Shown here in pieces: positions 48,280 to 59,058 of a stretch of 64,000 bases of DNA. This stretch comes from an uncultured Verrucomicrobiae bacterium (GTDB taxonomy: Bacteria; Verrucomicrobiota; Verrucomicrobiia; Chthoniobacterales; JAFAMB01), in the NCBI GenBank assembly GCA_963837955.1, contig CAWIPH010000002.1, positions 768,001 through 832,000 on the forward strand, in the 5' to 3' direction. The notes beneath the pieces were generated by a model, which had not been told where the DNA came from, searched no databases, and saw nothing but the letters and a program-made list of their open reading frames with translations. Every line of letters starts with the position of its first letter. Position 1 is the first letter of the stretch. The translations under genes and the position numbers were made by a program.

Positions 48280-49716
48280 ATGTCTTTCGACTTAAAAAGC
48301 CTGGTCGCCGCCCGGATGGGCGAAAATTACGAACTTCATACCCGTCATCTGAATCCTACGCTGGTTGAAGTTCAGCGGATTACCGGATTTGACCGGGTCT
48401 ATACGCGAGCGGAAGGAGCTTATCTCTATGACGCTGAGGGGAATGCTTATTTGGATTTTTTGAGCGGCTACAGCGTCTACAACATGGGGCGCAACCATCC
48501 CGTGGTAAAGCAGGCCATCCGCGATGTTCTGGATCTGGATTTACCTAACCTTGTCCAAATGGATTGTTCGCTCCTGAGCGGACTACTGGCGGAAGCCTTG
48601 CTAAAGAAGACCCCGTCGCATTTGGAGGCGATTTTTTTCTGCAACTCCGGGACTGAAGCGATCGAAGGCGCCTTGAAATTTGCGCGTGCTGCGACTGGTC
48701 GCTCGGGAATCGTCAGCCTGCATTCCGGCTATCATGGTCTCAGTTACGGATCGTTGTCTGTTACCGGTATCCCGAATTTCCAGGAAGGATTTGGGCCTTT
48801 ATTGACCGACACGGCGCGGGTGAGGTTAGGCGATCTGGATAGCCTGGAGCGTTTGCTCCGGAAACGGAACGTGGCGGCCTTTTTGGTTGAACCGGTACAA
48901 GGCAAGGGAGTGAAGTTCCCGAAGAACGATTTTTTTACCCAGGCGCAAATTCTTTGCCGCAAATACGGAACGCTCTTTATTTGCGACGAAATTCAAACCG
49001 GGTTGGGGCGGACCGGAAAATGGTGGGCCTTTGAGCATTGGAATTTGGAGCCCGATATTGTAACTGTCGCAAAGAGTCTTAGTGGGGGGTTTGTGCCGTG
49101 CGGTGCGATCATCACGCGAAGAGCAATCTACCAAAAGGTGTTCAGCCGATTGGATCGCTGTGTTGTACATTCAAGCACTTTCGGCCGGAACAACCTCGCG
49201 ATGGCGTGTGGATTGGCGAGTCTGGCCATACTGGAAGATGAGAGATTGATCGAAAATTCGGCGCTGATCGGAGATCTTTTGCTGGAGCGGCTGGACGCCT
49301 TGCGCCCCAAACACACTTTTCTTAAAGAGATTCGAGGCAAAGGATTAATGATTGCGATCGAGTTTCATGAGCCGCCAGAGCTAGGATTAAAAATGGCGTG
49401 GCGCCTCCTGCACAAGATAGATAAGGCGCTGTTTCCTCAGCTGGTGATCGTTCCGCTGCTTAGCAAACACCGAGTGCTAACGCAGGTTGCCGGTCACAAT
49501 ATGGATGTAATCAAGATACTTCCGCCTCTCATGATCGGCGAACAGGAGGTTGATTACTTTGTTAACGCATTCGATGAAACACTGACAGGTTGTCGCAGAT
49601 TTCCGGGGCCGATGTTGGAACTCGCGATGAATACGGCAAAAAAGAACAAGAACGGAAGACGACCGTTCGGACCCAAACCATCGCGACTGCCTGGGCCCGC
49701 CGTCAGCGCCACCTGA
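48280..49716 (+). CDS. Class III PLP aminotransferase, HpnO-like
   Basis: YLDFLSGY, NSGTEAIE, YHG, EPVQG, DEIQTGLGRTG, AKSLSGG. The N-terminus and LTQVAGH resemble hopanoid aminotransferase HpnO. Confidence 0.75.
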   Translation: MSFDLKSLVAARMGENYELHTRHLNPTLVEVQRITGFDRVYTRAEGAYLYDAEGNAYLDFLSGYSVYNMGRNHPVVKQAIRDVLDLDLPNLVQMDCSLLSGLLAEALLKKTPSHLEAIFFCNSGTEAIEGALKFARAATGRSGIVSLHSGYHGLSYGSLSVTGIPNFQEGFGPLLTDTARVRLGDLDSLERLLRKRNVAAFLVEPVQGKGVKFPKNDFFTQAQILCRKYGTLFICDEIQTGLGRTGKWWAFEHWNLEPDIVTVAKSLSGGFVPCGAIITRRAIYQKVFSRLDRCVVHSSTFGRNNLAMACGLASLAILEDERLIENSALIGDLLLERLDALRPKHTFLKEIRGKGLMIAIEFHEPPELGLKMAWRLLHKIDKALFPQLVIVPLLSKHRVLTQVAGHNMDVIKILPPLMIGEQEVDYFVNAFDETLTGCRRFPGPMLELAMNTAKKNKNGRRPFGPKPSRLPGPAVSAT

Positions 49717-49800
49717 TAAGAAATGGCTCACGCTGGGTCCTGAGCGTGGACGATCAGGCTACACTGTTACGGCTTCGAGCGTAAACCCAAGGTCGCCCTC

Positions 49801-50328
49801 TCAGTCTACCCGGACTTGACCAGCAACCTCCTCGATCGCTTGGAGAATTTGCCGCGGCGAGTAGGAACCAGCCGCTTTCACCCGAAGAAGGGGGAACTCC
49901 ACGACGCGAAATAGTTCGTTCAAGAGTTGGTCGCGTTGCCGACGGTCGGAGCGCTCGTGGGAAGAATCATCCAATTCGATAGCAACAATCGGTTCTAAGG
50001 TGCCAGGCTCGGCCAGCAGAAAATCGACATGTTTGGCCGCGATCTTGCGAAAGAGTCGATGGCGCTCTTTGGAGTCGCTACTTGTCACCTGGAGAAGATC
50101 CGCTAAGCGCACCTTGCAGAGTATCTGAAGTCGTCCAACTACTGCAATCTCGAGGCTTCGGTAAAACAGCTGTTCCGCCGGAGTTAGCAGGCTCTCTACT
50201 ACTGAAACGTATACTTTTGGTTCAACAGAGCGCCAAAAAGTCCAGAGGCCCAGCCCAATCAAACAGCAAACGAAGCATCCACCGACCCACAGAATCGGCG
50301 GTGAGAGGAACGCACTGTCCGAAATCAT
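49801..50328 (-). CDS. DUF2726 domain protein
   Basis: N-terminal TM, LLTPAE, KVRLADLL, KHVDFLL, IELDDSSH, RD. Confidence 0.85.
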   Translation of the reverse strand: MISDSAFLSPPILWVGGCFVCCLIGLGLWTFWRSVEPKVYVSVVESLLTPAEQLFYRSLEIAVVGRLQILCKVRLADLLQVTSSDSKERHRLFRKIAAKHVDFLLAEPGTLEPIVAIELDDSSHERSDRRQRDQLLNELFRVVEFPLLRVKAAGSYSPRQILQAIEEVAGQVRVD

Positions 50329-50481
50329 CTTATGGCTTGGTAGTTTACCAAAGAAGCCGCTCGGCGTCGCGCATTATCCGAGAAGCGCGAGCTACATCAC
50401 ACTCGTTTCACGAATGCGCGAACGAGAACGAAAAACCCGCGGCTAAGGAATAGGTGCCGCTAGATTGGACTCTCAGACAAT

Positions 50482-51225
50482 GTGAAAGTTTTTCGATCGC
50501 TGGTTTTTCTCTCGCTTGTTTCGACCGCGAGCGGCTTGGCGGCAGTCCGGCTGGAAAGCGGAGACACGCAGGTGCCGTTACTAGAGCTCTACACTTCGGA
50601 AGGCTGTAGCAGTTGTCCTCCAGCCGAGACTTGGTTTGGACAACACTACGGCCGATCAACCGAGTGGCGTTCAGCAGTTCCAGTAGCGTTCCACGTAGAT
50701 TATTGGGATCAGCTCGGATGGAAAGATCGGTTTGCGAAACCGGAATTCACCGCTCGCCAAAAGCTCTACTCCGCGAATTGGAGCCATAGCTCCGTCTATA
50801 CGCCTTGTTTCGTTTTGAACGGGGAAGAATGGTCCGGATGGTTTCATGGCGCGATGCCCAGCGATTCACGGGTGAACGTCGGGAATTTGGAAGCGACGAT
50901 CACAAGCAATACGGTCGTTGTCCGCTTTACGCCGGCGACAAAACCAAAAGAATATCTGGTCTTCGTCGCGCCACTTGCGATGCAAGTGCGCTCGGATGTT
51001 CAGGCGGGCGAAAATCGAGGACGCCGCTTGGATCATGATTTTGTCGCCCTATCGCTTGGGTCCGCGAAGCTGGAACCGCGAGACTCAGCGTATGGAACTA
51101 CTCTGCAAGTTTCAATGAGCGGAGCCCGGGCGATAGCCCTTTGGATAACGTTAGACCATTCAATTGTACCGATTCAAGCCACTGGCGGTTTTCTCGAGCA
51201 GCCGATAGCCGCTAATGAACAGTGA
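50482..51225 (+). CDS. DUF1223 secreted thioredoxin-like protein
   Basis: ELYTSEGCSSCPPA, FHVDYWDQLGWKD, VYTP, GENRGR. Confidence 0.88.
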   Translation: MKVFRSLVFLSLVSTASGLAAVRLESGDTQVPLLELYTSEGCSSCPPAETWFGQHYGRSTEWRSAVPVAFHVDYWDQLGWKDRFAKPEFTARQKLYSANWSHSSVYTPCFVLNGEEWSGWFHGAMPSDSRVNVGNLEATITSNTVVVRFTPATKPKEYLVFVAPLAMQVRSDVQAGENRGRRLDHDFVALSLGSAKLEPRDSAYGTTLQVSMSGARAIALWITLDHSIVPIQATGGFLEQPIAANEQ

Positions 51226-51262
51226 AACTGTCAACGGCCAACGGTGAAACGCCTTAAACGTT

Positions 51263-51745
51263 CTACCAGCCGACGACGGTTCCGGCGTACACGGCGCGAA
51301 TCGAGCGGAAAAGCGCAATACTATTTCGGGGAGGAGTATCGGTTATCAGCACTCCCTCCTCGCCTGCCATTTTGCGGGTACGGGAATCGAAGATCAGGAG
51401 GTACTCTACTGGAACCGAATTGGCGTCGTGGAGGTCTTTGGTGTAGTCCATCGATCTAATCGTTCCGTGGAAAAGCCGAGTGACGATCAACGGGATATCC
51501 CCGGCGGTCAATTCGCGGACTTGGATTGCGACATACGGTGTTTGGTCAAGAAGCGCACGACGGCGCGAATCCAGACGGCGGAGAAACTTGTCTAATCGTT
51601 TTTCACCCAGGGCTACTTCGGCTTTGAATGGCTCCGCGGTCATTACGGCATAGTCGCGCTCGGAGAGCGACGGAGATGGGAGTGGCTTGCCAGCGAAACC
51701 ATTGGTGGCTATCAGGAGGAGAGAGCAAAGAAGGATAGTTTTCAT
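51263..51745 (-). CDS. Hypothetical secreted protein (paralog of the adjacent lipoprotein)
   Basis: Signal peptide; shares motifs with 51742-52218; ATGA overlap. Confidence 0.7.
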   Translation of the reverse strand: MKTILLCSLLLIATNGFAGKPLPSPSLSERDYAVMTAEPFKAEVALGEKRLDKFLRRLDSRRRALLDQTPYVAIQVRELTAGDIPLIVTRLFHGTIRSMDYTKDLHDANSVPVEYLLIFDSRTRKMAGEEGVLITDTPPRNSIALFRSIRAVYAGTVVGW

Positions 51746-52218
51746 CGCCCAGTTCCGATATAGAGGGCGGTGTACCCGCCAAAGATTCCCATTTTACCTT
51801 TCACGGGAGTTTCGACGGCAACATACCCTTCTTGGCTCAATGCTTGGCCGGTTTTGGGATCGAAGATCATGATAAATTTTGCAGTCGCGTCCAACGCCTC
51901 ATGCCGATCTGAGCTGCTGATGGAAGTTTCCCCTCGAAGCCGGCCACTAGCGATTCGGTTGGCCAAACCCGGGACTTCGCTCACCGGAACGGTAGTGGCC
52001 TCGACAGCGATATACTCCACTTTCTCGAGGCGCGCCTTCTCAGCCGGTTTGAGATGCGCCAAATATTGGTTCACCCGTTTTTGCGCCGCCGCTTGCTCGG
52101 TTGGGTAAGCCTGCCCTACGCCGACGGAGTAATCGGTGTATTCAGAACGACTAGAAGAAGAGGCGCATGCCCCAAAAAAGAGAAAAGTGCAGCAAATGAG
52201 CAGCCGGGGGGGATTCAT
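51742..52218 (-). CDS. Hypothetical lipoprotein
   Basis: MNPPRLLICCTFLFFGAC lipobox-like signal. Confidence 0.7.
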   Translation of the reverse strand: MNPPRLLICCTFLFFGACASSSSRSEYTDYSVGVGQAYPTEQAAAQKRVNQYLAHLKPAEKARLEKVEYIAVEATTVPVSEVPGLANRIASGRLRGETSISSSDRHEALDATAKFIMIFDPKTGQALSQEGYVAVETPVKGKMGIFGGYTALYIGTGR

Positions 52219-52275
52219 AGGAAACGTGAAATGAAGAGAATACCGGCTCTCAAACTGAATCAATCTGATTCCGAG

Positions 52276-52303
52276 AAAAAAGGCCGGCAATTATGCCGGC
52301 CTT
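52276..52303 (-). terminator. Intrinsic terminator of tal
   Basis: Stem aggccggca/tgccggcct followed by a T-run on the minus strand. Confidence 0.8.
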
Positions 52304-52326
52304 CCTCAATACATATTGAAAATCTA

Positions 52327-53304
52327 TTAAATCTTAGAGGTGACGATTTGCTCGAGTTTGACAATATCAGCGGAGAACTTCCGAATACCTTCAGCGGTCT
52401 TTTCGACGGCCATGGGGTCCTCATTAAAGGCAAAACGAAAGCTTTTCTCATCGAAACTGACCTTTTCCAAGTTCAGTTGTTTTGCTTTTTCTGCCGATAG
52501 TTTTTGAACCACCGGTTCTGCCGATTTACTTAGCTCTTCGAGCAGCTTTGGGCTGATTGTCAGCAGGTCGCAGCCGGCCAACTCTAAAATCTCCCCAACA
52601 TTCCGGAAGCTTGCTCCCATCACCTCCGTGCCGTATCCGAACTTCTTGTAGTAATTGTAGATTTTCGTTACCGATTGGACCCCCGGATCTTCGGCGCCAT
52701 GATAGTCTCTGCCGGTGTGCTCTTTGTACCAGTCGTAAATTCGCCCTACGAAAGGCGAAATGAGACGAACGTTCGATTCTGCGCACGCCACCGCCTGAGG
52801 GAATGAGAACAGGAGAGTAAGATTGCAATTGATCGAATCTTTGTGCAGCTCTTCGGCTGCTTTAATTCCCTCCCAGGTCGAAGCGATCTTGATGAGCACA
52901 CGCTCTCGCGGGATATGTTTTTTTTCGTAAAGGCTGATAAGCTGGCGAGCCTTATCGATCGATCCCTGCTTGTCAAAGGAGAGACGGGCATCGGTCTCGG
53001 TCGAAACTCGCCCAGGCACGATTTTCAGAATTTCCAAGCCGAATGCGACGAGAAGGCTATCCATGATCGCTTCAGTTTTGGCCGGTTTACTGAGGGGAGA
53101 GTTTTTCAGTTCGGCAACTACTTCATCCAGTAAGTGGGCGTACTCCGGCTTGGAAACGGCTGCCAGTATCAAACTCGGGTTGGTGGTCGAGTCCTGCGGC
53201 TTAAATTGCCGAATCGATTCAAAGTCACCGGTGTCCGCGACCACCCTCGTAAATTTCTTGAGCTGGTCGAGCTGAGAGAGTTTTTCCAGGGTTGCGGTGC
53301 TCAT
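52327..53304 (-). CDS. tal: Transaldolase
   Basis: [47 protein letters not shown]. Confidence 0.96.
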   Translation of the reverse strand: MSTATLEKLSQLDQLKKFTRVVADTGDFESIRQFKPQDSTTNPSLILAAVSKPEYAHLLDEVVAELKNSPLSKPAKTEAIMDSLLVAFGLEILKIVPGRVSTETDARLSFDKQGSIDKARQLISLYEKKHIPRERVLIKIASTWEGIKAAEELHKDSINCNLTLLFSFPQAVACAESNVRLISPFVGRIYDWYKEHTGRDYHGAEDPGVQSVTKIYNYYKKFGYGTEVMGASFRNVGEILELAGCDLLTISPKLLEELSKSAEPVVQKLSAEKAKQLNLEKVSFDEKSFRFAFNEDPMAVEKTAEGIRKFSADIVKLEQIVTSKI

Positions 53305-53395
53305 ATGAAACACCCAACTCCGGTTGATCGGCTAGAGCAACTTATTTTTGTGAGCCAATCGATCCAGGCCGCGTCATTGGCGGAACGTCAGAACA

Positions 53396-54121
53396 TCAGG
53401 CAAATTCACCCAAGGTCGCCCGGAGCAGTTCGTTCCCGGGACCCAAACCGTGACCCGTTCTGATCGATTTTAGTTTGGGCGGTGCCTCAAACTTGGCTGC
53501 AAACTCCGCAAGTATGGCGGCGCCAGCGGGCGACGTTTCCAAGTGCTCTGGGGTAGAAAGTTCGGAAAGAATGGCGCGACTCAGAGCCCGATGCGCCGGT
53601 TGGCCGCCGGATGATTTAAGCGTTTGCTGGATAAAAATTTGGCCGACCTGCAACTGGTCCAAACCGACGCACGAAAGGACCGATGGAACCAACCATTCTA
53701 ACGCTTCGGCTTCAGAGAACTCAACCCGGTCGAGCTGGGTAGCGGTCAAATTACTCTGGGCACCGGCGATGCGCCGTAATATTCCGAGACTGTGGGATTT
53801 AACGAAAGCCGATAGTTTTGCGGTGTCTATGTGTTCCCGAAGTTTGGGGTAAGTGATAGGGTGGTCTTCGGTGTGAGCGTGATCATGGTGATGATCAGGC
53901 GAATGCTGATGATCTACGTGCAAAATTCCCCCGTGCACCCCGAAACGGACTGAGCGCACGCCCTCGACCTCCTCGCGATCAAAGTGGAGATGGTGATCGC
54001 CGATCTCGATACCATTCAGCTCCCATTCAAATGTCGATGGGCTTACTCCGAGGTCGGCCAAAACGCCGACCAATGACTCGCCACTAAACTCTGAAGGGCA
54101 AACAAGAGAGAGAATCCGCAT
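53396..54121 (-). CDS. Divergent LarC (DUF111) N-terminal-domain-like His-rich protein
   Basis: Overall layout matches LarC (MRIL..C.S..SG...G.LADLG, His-rich loop, TSPAGAAIL, TGHGLG), but the conserved motifs are substituted. Confidence 0.6.
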   Translation of the reverse strand: MRILSLVCPSEFSGESLVGVLADLGVSPSTFEWELNGIEIGDHHLHFDREEVEGVRSVRFGVHGGILHVDHQHSPDHHHDHAHTEDHPITYPKLREHIDTAKLSAFVKSHSLGILRRIAGAQSNLTATQLDRVEFSEAEALEWLVPSVLSCVGLDQLQVGQIFIQQTLKSSGGQPAHRALSRAILSELSTPEHLETSPAGAAILAEFAAKFEAPPKLKSIRTGHGLGPGNELLRATLGEFA

Positions 54122-54288
54122 GGGTTTTATTACGGTGGAAATGATTCCGAGCAAACCGTCTAAGTCTGAGTCTATCGGACCTGGTCTCTGTTCCGGAGCG
54201 AAGCTGCGCAACAATGCGGTTTCTGGGCGGGGGATTTTTGCTCAAAATCCGGCTTGAACCGGAGGAGCTCCAACGGCGATATTTTCTC

Positions 54289-55242
54289 ATGATAGTTCCA
54301 ACCGCCGCTCTATATAAGCTGGCTTATCGCCAGTATGCGATAGGCGCGTACAACATCAATAACCTCGAACAGATCCTGGGTCTTTTTCGCGGGTGCATTG
54401 AATCGCAGGCACCGTTCATTATCCAAATTTCTAAGGGCGCTCGGAGCTATGCGGACAAGCGTATGCTCGAGGCGATGATTCGAACGGCCGAACAAATCTA
54501 TCCGGATGCGGTGTTTGCGGTTCACCTGGACCACGGAGATGAGGCGACCTGTTACGAATGCATTGATTCCGGATTCTACAGTTCGGTGATGATCGATGCG
54601 AGTCACGAGCCGTTTGAAGAAAATGTCGCAACCACTCGACGAGTCGTCGAAAAGGCGCACCCCAAAGGTATTAGCGTGGAAGCGGAGCTCGGCCGGCTGG
54701 GCGGGGTTGAAGAGGATATCAAAGTAGATGAGGGCAGTGCTTTTCTGACTAATCCGGCAGAGGCGGTCGAGTTCGTTAACCAGACCCGCTGTGATTCTTT
54801 AGCGTGTGCGATTGGAACGAGCCATGGGGCGTACAAGTTCAAAGGCGGTCAAGGACTGCGCTTCGAAGTGATTGAGGCCATCGAGCGGAAACTGCCCGGG
54901 ACCCCGCTTGTCATGCACGGCAGCTCCAGTGTACCTGCAGAGGAGGTGCAGAGAATTAACGCCGCCGGCGGTAAGCTGGACCCCGCCGCGCGTGGCGTGA
55001 ACGAAAACGAATATCTACCCGCGGCCAAGTTGGGTGTAACGAAGATCAATATTGACACCGATGGGCGGCTGGTTTGGACGCGAGTGCATCGCGAGTTCTT
55101 CCGAGACCATCCTTCGGAGTTCGATTTTCGCCCCCCTGGCAAGACCTTCGTTCAGGAGTACGCGAAATTCATCGCGCACAAAAATGAAAAACTGGGATCG
55201 GCCGGTCGACTGCCCGAAGTTAGAAAAGCTTTGGTAAAATAA
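54289..55242 (+). CDS. fba: Class II fructose-bisphosphate aldolase
   Basis: GAYNINN, HLDHG, SVMIDAS, VEAELG, IGTSHGAYK, VMHGSS, KINIDTD. Confidence 0.95.
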   Translation: MIVPTAALYKLAYRQYAIGAYNINNLEQILGLFRGCIESQAPFIIQISKGARSYADKRMLEAMIRTAEQIYPDAVFAVHLDHGDEATCYECIDSGFYSSVMIDASHEPFEENVATTRRVVEKAHPKGISVEAELGRLGGVEEDIKVDEGSAFLTNPAEAVEFVNQTRCDSLACAIGTSHGAYKFKGGQGLRFEVIEAIERKLPGTPLVMHGSSSVPAEEVQRINAAGGKLDPAARGVNENEYLPAAKLGVTKINIDTDGRLVWTRVHREFFRDHPSEFDFRPPGKTFVQEYAKFIAHKNEKLGSAGRLPEVRKALVK

Positions 55243-55300
55243 GCAACTTTCCGGGTCGCGCGGCGAGCGAAAGTTTTCGGTAATCTTGCACTCCATTTTC

Positions 55301-55408
55301 TTGCATTATGCAATGTCGAGGGGGCTCCTTTTCAGGCTTGCCGACTGTTGAAAAGGATTTTCCCGGAGAGAATAAACGACTTCGGGAAAGTTCGGCTTAC
55401 AGGTTGCT
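55301..55408 (+). promoter_or_regulatory. Putative enhancer palindrome plus sigma-54 promoter of the AlgB-like operon
   Basis: ttgcattatgcaa (55301-55313) and CGGCTTACAGGTTGCT (GG-N10-GC, 55393-55408). Confidence 0.45.
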
Positions 55409-55455
55409 TTCAACGAATTCGCGATTCGTAGGAATCGCCCTGTTCACTTGATTCC

Positions 55456-56790
55456 ATGCGGGTCTTAATAATCGACGACGAAAAATCGATTCGGAGTTCG
55501 ACTTCGGCGGCATTGAGGGCCGAAGGTCACTACGCTGATATCGCCGACAGCTCGATGGTGGCGTTACTAAAGCTTCAAGAAGAGGCCTATGACCTGGCGT
55601 TTCTCGATCTCCGATTAGGAGACGAAGATGGGTTGGAGGTTCTCCATGAACTGAAGCGATTACAAGCCAACCTCCGCGTAGTCGTTTTTACTGCCTACGC
55701 ATCGGTTGCTTCCGCCGTTGCTGCGATGCAGAAGGGGGCATTCGATTATCTAGAAAAGCCATTTACGCCGGAACAACTGCGACAAATTCTTGGCCGAGTC
55801 GAAAAGCAGCGGAAATTAGAATCGAAGATTGTAGAGCTGGAGCAGGAGATAAACCAACAGAACCCAGCCGTTGATTTTTCCTCAGAAGACCTCCCGATGA
55901 GGACCGCGATCGATATTCTTTTCCGCGCCGCTCCGAGCCAGGCCGCGATGCTGCTGTTGGGAGAAAGTGGTACCGGTAAAAGTATTTTCGCGCGTGCGGT
56001 TCACGATCGCAGCGACTATCGGGAAGGTCCATTTGTAACGGTCAGCTGCCCTAGCCTTTCAAAGGAGTTATTAGAAAGCGAGCTATTCGGCCACATTAAA
56101 GGATCGTTCACGGGCGCGGTGCGCGATACTTGGGGAAAGGTCGCCGCCGCGGAATCCGGAACTCTATTTCTTGATGAGATCGGGGAGCTGCCATTGGACA
56201 TTCAGCCGAAGCTGCTTCGTCTTTTGCAGGAGCGGCAATACGAGAGGTTGGGAGAGCATAAGCCGCGATTGACCAGCCTGCGAATCGTCGCCGCGACGAA
56301 TAAAAACCTGAGGACCTCCGTTCGGGAGGGAACATTTCGGGAAGACCTATTTTACCGGCTAGATGTCATCTCGGTTCAAATCCCTCCACTGCGGGAGCGA
56401 GAGCGTGATCTCGAGCGTTTTGCTAATGCGTTCCTCGGATTCTTTTCGAAGCAACTTGGTCGCGGCTCCATGAGATTCAGTGAAGATGCGCTCGAAAAAC
56501 TCAAAGCCTATCGTTGGCCGGGCAACCTGCGGGAGCTTCGCAATACAGTGGAACGGTCTGTCATTCTTTCGAATAGCGATACGATTACTGAGGAGTTCGT
56601 ACCGGATAACCCGCCCCCCGAGGTTGACGCGAACATTGCTGTCGGAAGCGATATCAGTCTCGATACTCTGGAAGAAGCCCATATCCGTCGCATTTTACAA
56701 AGGGCGACGAGCCTAGACACCGCCGCAAAAATCTTGGGCATCGATCCAGCAACCCTCTATCGCAAACGGAAGCGATTAAATTTGCAGTGA
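55456..56790 (+). CDS. Sigma-54-dependent response regulator (AlgB-like)
   Basis: REC domain, [44 protein letters not shown]. Confidence 0.92.
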   Translation: MRVLIIDDEKSIRSSTSAALRAEGHYADIADSSMVALLKLQEEAYDLAFLDLRLGDEDGLEVLHELKRLQANLRVVVFTAYASVASAVAAMQKGAFDYLEKPFTPEQLRQILGRVEKQRKLESKIVELEQEINQQNPAVDFSSEDLPMRTAIDILFRAAPSQAAMLLLGESGTGKSIFARAVHDRSDYREGPFVTVSCPSLSKELLESELFGHIKGSFTGAVRDTWGKVAAAESGTLFLDEIGELPLDIQPKLLRLLQERQYERLGEHKPRLTSLRIVAATNKNLRTSVREGTFREDLFYRLDVISVQIPPLRERERDLERFANAFLGFFSKQLGRGSMRFSEDALEKLKAYRWPGNLRELRNTVERSVILSNSDTITEEFVPDNPPPEVDANIAVGSDISLDTLEEAHIRRILQRATSLDTAAKILGIDPATLYRKRKRLNLQ

Positions 56791-56955
56791 CATTTTGGGT
56801 GGCGAAGGATGGCAGTGGCCACTACCACCGTCACTAGGTTTTAGTGCTCTTCGCTTTTCGGTGGTCGTCCGCTGAGTGGCAGGCTATGAGGGAGAGGTGT
56901 GCTCGATCGCGAAAATGGGCGATACTAACCGGAGTACTACCAATTATCTACGGCT

Positions 56956-58788
56956 ATGCTTCGATGGCGTCTGACCCTTGGTCTACTCGCGACACTGATC
57001 ATCCTGCTGTTGGTGGGGATCTATGGGGTGTGGCTATTCAATGACCTCGGGCGAGCGGTTGATAACGTACTTCGGAATAATTACGATAGCATCACCGTTT
57101 GTCATTACATGCGGGTGGCGACGGCGAGAACTAACACTTTTTACTCGCGAGGAATCGATCGACCCGCCCCCCCCTACGACCAGCCAGGGCCGATCAACGA
57201 CGACGAACGCGAGTTCGCCAGACGATTTCCGATTCTGGAGCGCAACGCAAAAGATCCAGAACAGAAGGATTTGGTTGCGCAGCTGAAACAAGCCGCAGCG
57301 GACTATGTGCAGGCCTATCGCCAAATCTTTGCTCAATTCAAGGCTAACGATCCTGCGATCAGGGAGTCATGGGCAAAAATTCCGAAACTGACACTGCTGA
57401 TCACGGAACTAAGCGAGAAGATCCTCAGACAAAACGAAAAGCAGATGTTTATCGCGAACTTGAATGCACACCGGAAAGCCAAAGAGTCCATTCGGCTTCT
57501 CCTGATCGCGATGATTAGTTCTGTCGTCGTATTCATTTTTACCTACTTCAGGCTGGGTCAATCGTTGATTACCCCGTTGCGGAGCCTCACCGATTCAATC
57601 CGAGAATTGCGGTCCCGCGACTTTGATCGAGCTCTACCCGAAAAAGGAAGCGACGAGTTGGGAGAACTGACTCGGGAATTTAATCAAATGGCCTTGGAGC
57701 TTCGCAACTTCTACCGGGAAACGGATCGTAAGTTGATTGAACTGAATCAGGTGATTCGCGCGATGCTCACTACGTTGCCCTATCCATTGTTCATCCTCGA
57801 TCCGCGCAATCAGGTCACCCGAATGAACCCGGCGGCAGAAAAATTAATGGCTCGTTTTCAGAGTGCCGGCGAACTGCCGCCAACGCTCAAACGCCACGTG
57901 ACGGAAGCATCAGTGACTGGTCCAGACTACCGATTGGATGACCTCAGGCAGGCAATCCGTTTTCAAATTGACGATCAGGAGATCTACTTTCTGCCGCGGA
58001 TTTTTTCGTTGGTCATCGAAGACGGCTCGGTCGTTGGACGCGCCTTGATGCTGATCGATGTTACCCGGTTTCGGTGGCTGGACGAACTGAAATCGGACAC
58101 TTTGGCGACCCTCAGTCATGAGATCAAGACGCCCTTGACTGGCATCCGGCTCGTCCTGCATCTACTGCTCGAGAAAAGGATGGGTCCGCTCTCTCAATCG
58201 CAAGAGGAACTGGTGACTACCGCCCGAGATGATTGCGAGCGCTTGTTGCGTACTTTAAAAAGCATCTTGGATCTAGCGCAAATGGAGAGCGGCAAACCTC
58301 AACTGAGTTTGCAAGCATTACCTCCAGCCAGGATTGTGGAAGAAGTTCGGACGAACTTTCGGGATTTATTTGCGGCTGCTTCTTTAGAACTGAGTGTCGA
58401 TCTCGCACCTGATCTCCCTGACGTTGTCGTCGACCCAGACCGAGTTGGCTTAATTCTTTCCAATTTTCTTTCTAACGCTTTGAAATACAGCTTCCCGAAG
58501 GGCGACGTAATCATTCGGGCGCGCCTCTGGAATCCGGATTTTGTTCGTTTCAGCGTGATTAACCCCGGTCCTGGCCTTTCGGAACCCGAACAGTCCAAGG
58601 TCTTTGACAAATTTTATCGATCAGACAATCTCCATGGGGAAGGCGCCGGTCTGGGGCTGTCGATTGCTCGACAGATTGTTCAAGCGCACGAGGGGCGCAT
58701 TGGTGTTTTGAGCGAGGTGAACGAGACCACGGAATTCTATTGCGATTTGCCCGTGGCTGCAGTGCCTGATAGCGTCTTGCCGCGCTGA
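56956..58788 (+). CDS. Sensor histidine kinase (KinB-like, HAMP/PAS)
   Basis: Two TM segments around a periplasmic domain, HAMP DELGEL, SHEIKTPL, NALKY, GAGLGLSI. Confidence 0.9.
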   Translation: MLRWRLTLGLLATLIILLLVGIYGVWLFNDLGRAVDNVLRNNYDSITVCHYMRVATARTNTFYSRGIDRPAPPYDQPGPINDDEREFARRFPILERNAKDPEQKDLVAQLKQAAADYVQAYRQIFAQFKANDPAIRESWAKIPKLTLLITELSEKILRQNEKQMFIANLNAHRKAKESIRLLLIAMISSVVVFIFTYFRLGQSLITPLRSLTDSIRELRSRDFDRALPEKGSDELGELTREFNQMALELRNFYRETDRKLIELNQVIRAMLTTLPYPLFILDPRNQVTRMNPAAEKLMARFQSAGELPPTLKRHVTEASVTGPDYRLDDLRQAIRFQIDDQEIYFLPRIFSLVIEDGSVVGRALMLIDVTRFRWLDELKSDTLATLSHEIKTPLTGIRLVLHLLLEKRMGPLSQSQEELVTTARDDCERLLRTLKSILDLAQMESGKPQLSLQALPPARIVEEVRTNFRDLFAAASLELSVDLAPDLPDVVVDPDRVGLILSNFLSNALKYSFPKGDVIIRARLWNPDFVRFSVINPGPGLSEPEQSKVFDKFYRSDNLHGEGAGLGLSIARQIVQAHEGRIGVLSEVNETTEFYCDLPVAAVPDSVLPR

Positions 58789-59058
58789 AACGTGCTGTGG
58801 CAGGGGCTAAGTGACGGAGGCGCCGGAGGATAGTTATTCCGCGATGAATAAAATATAAAAGATTCACCCTGAGGGTGTTGCATCATATAGACGCCAAAAA
58901 TAGTACCTCCAAAACCAATCCACTGGAGGCAGTTGATCTGGATTTTATATAAAATCTAGTTGCTCAAAAACCGCCATCCAACTATTTAAAAAGAGGGCCG
59001 GAGCGGCCAAGCCGCTCCAGTGGAATCGAGTGTTCCGTGGTCCCAATATGGACAATCC

